Position numbers and translations under genes: made by a program. Below the pieces are notes generated by a model, which was not told where the DNA came from, searched no databases, and was given only the letters and a program-made list of their open reading frames with translations. DNA of 64,000 nt from Chiloscyllium plagiosum (lineage: Eukaryota), in contig NC_057751.1 of the NCBI RefSeq assembly GCF_004010195.1, forward strand, positions 17,833,768 through 17,897,767, given 5' to 3'. Every line of letters begins with the position of its first letter. The stretch's first letter is position 1. Positions 63,401-64,000 of the stretch are shown piece after piece.

Positions 63401-64000
63401 AATACCTTCGACAGACATTGAAAAAAGCAATTTCGTAATGTCGAATGGACTGTATCAGTTTAAAGTAATACCATTTGGCATGGAAAATTCGCCAATTCAG
63501 TGACTAACTAAGAAGGCCATTACCATTTAACCAACTGCGTGGCATGTACCAATGACCTGGTGATTATTAGTCACACACGAAGGGAAAGTTTACAACATTT
63601 ATCAGGCTTGTTCGATTGACTTCACAAGGCAGGCTTGGTGATAAACCTGGGTAAAAGTACATTTATGAAGTCCAAGTCACCTTCCTGGGCCATGTTATTG
63701 GACATGGATAAATAGCCCACGGGTTGCAAAAATAAATGTAATTGGGGCGATTTCCATACCCTCAATGAACGATCAGTAATACGGTTCGTGGGATTGACTT
63801 GATATTATCAAACACTTGTCCCAAATTTAAGCAGCATGGCTGCTGCATTCGCTGGGCAGCGAATTGTCAGAAGACATTTGACAGCGTGATAGCTGTGTTA
63901 ACAATTTCCACAGTATTAGCCACACCTAATACTGTGGAAATTCAACGCCATTCAAGATGGCTATCGATTCAAGTGATGTGCGTGTTGGTGTTATGCTTTT
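60430..64000 (+). mobile_element. Decayed Gmr1-like Gypsy retrotransposon internal region (gag-PR-INT-RT-RH)
   Basis: Gag N-terminus, decayed CCHC at about 61070 and protease ATGSS at about 61345. Integrase YWPGL and IDCVGPL at about 62000-62700 precedes RT YISKLDLFRGYW and GLYQFKVIPFGM at 63270-63500 and RNase H AIDSSDV at about 63960. Confidence 0.88.

Overview
Eukaryotic, repeat-dominated genomic DNA, almost certainly from an elasmobranch (shark), inferred from HE1-type tRNA-derived SINEs sharing 3' tails with HER1/CR1 LINEs. There is one apparently intact host gene, a two-exon class A GPCR of the GPR139/GPR142-like type on the minus strand (6419-6353 joined to 5149-4287, 309 aa). Two relics of the same family are also present: an orphan exon 1 near 43.9 kb and a disrupted exon 2 at 54.9-55.7 kb. 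An isolated hexokinase-like exon lies at 27094-27193. The rest is mostly CR1 LINEs (several near full length), HE1 SINEs, Penelope-like elements (RT and GIY-YIG), Gypsy LTR relics (two with the Gmr1-type INT-before-RT order) and a 500-N gap. The most striking structures are short fold-back Penelope-terminus elements carrying minimal hammerhead-ribozyme cores, one a perfect 89-bp palindrome with a 15-bp target-site duplication (TSD). No prokaryotic-type system is present, and novelty cannot be established without database searches. Boundaries of old repeats are approximate and read by eye.
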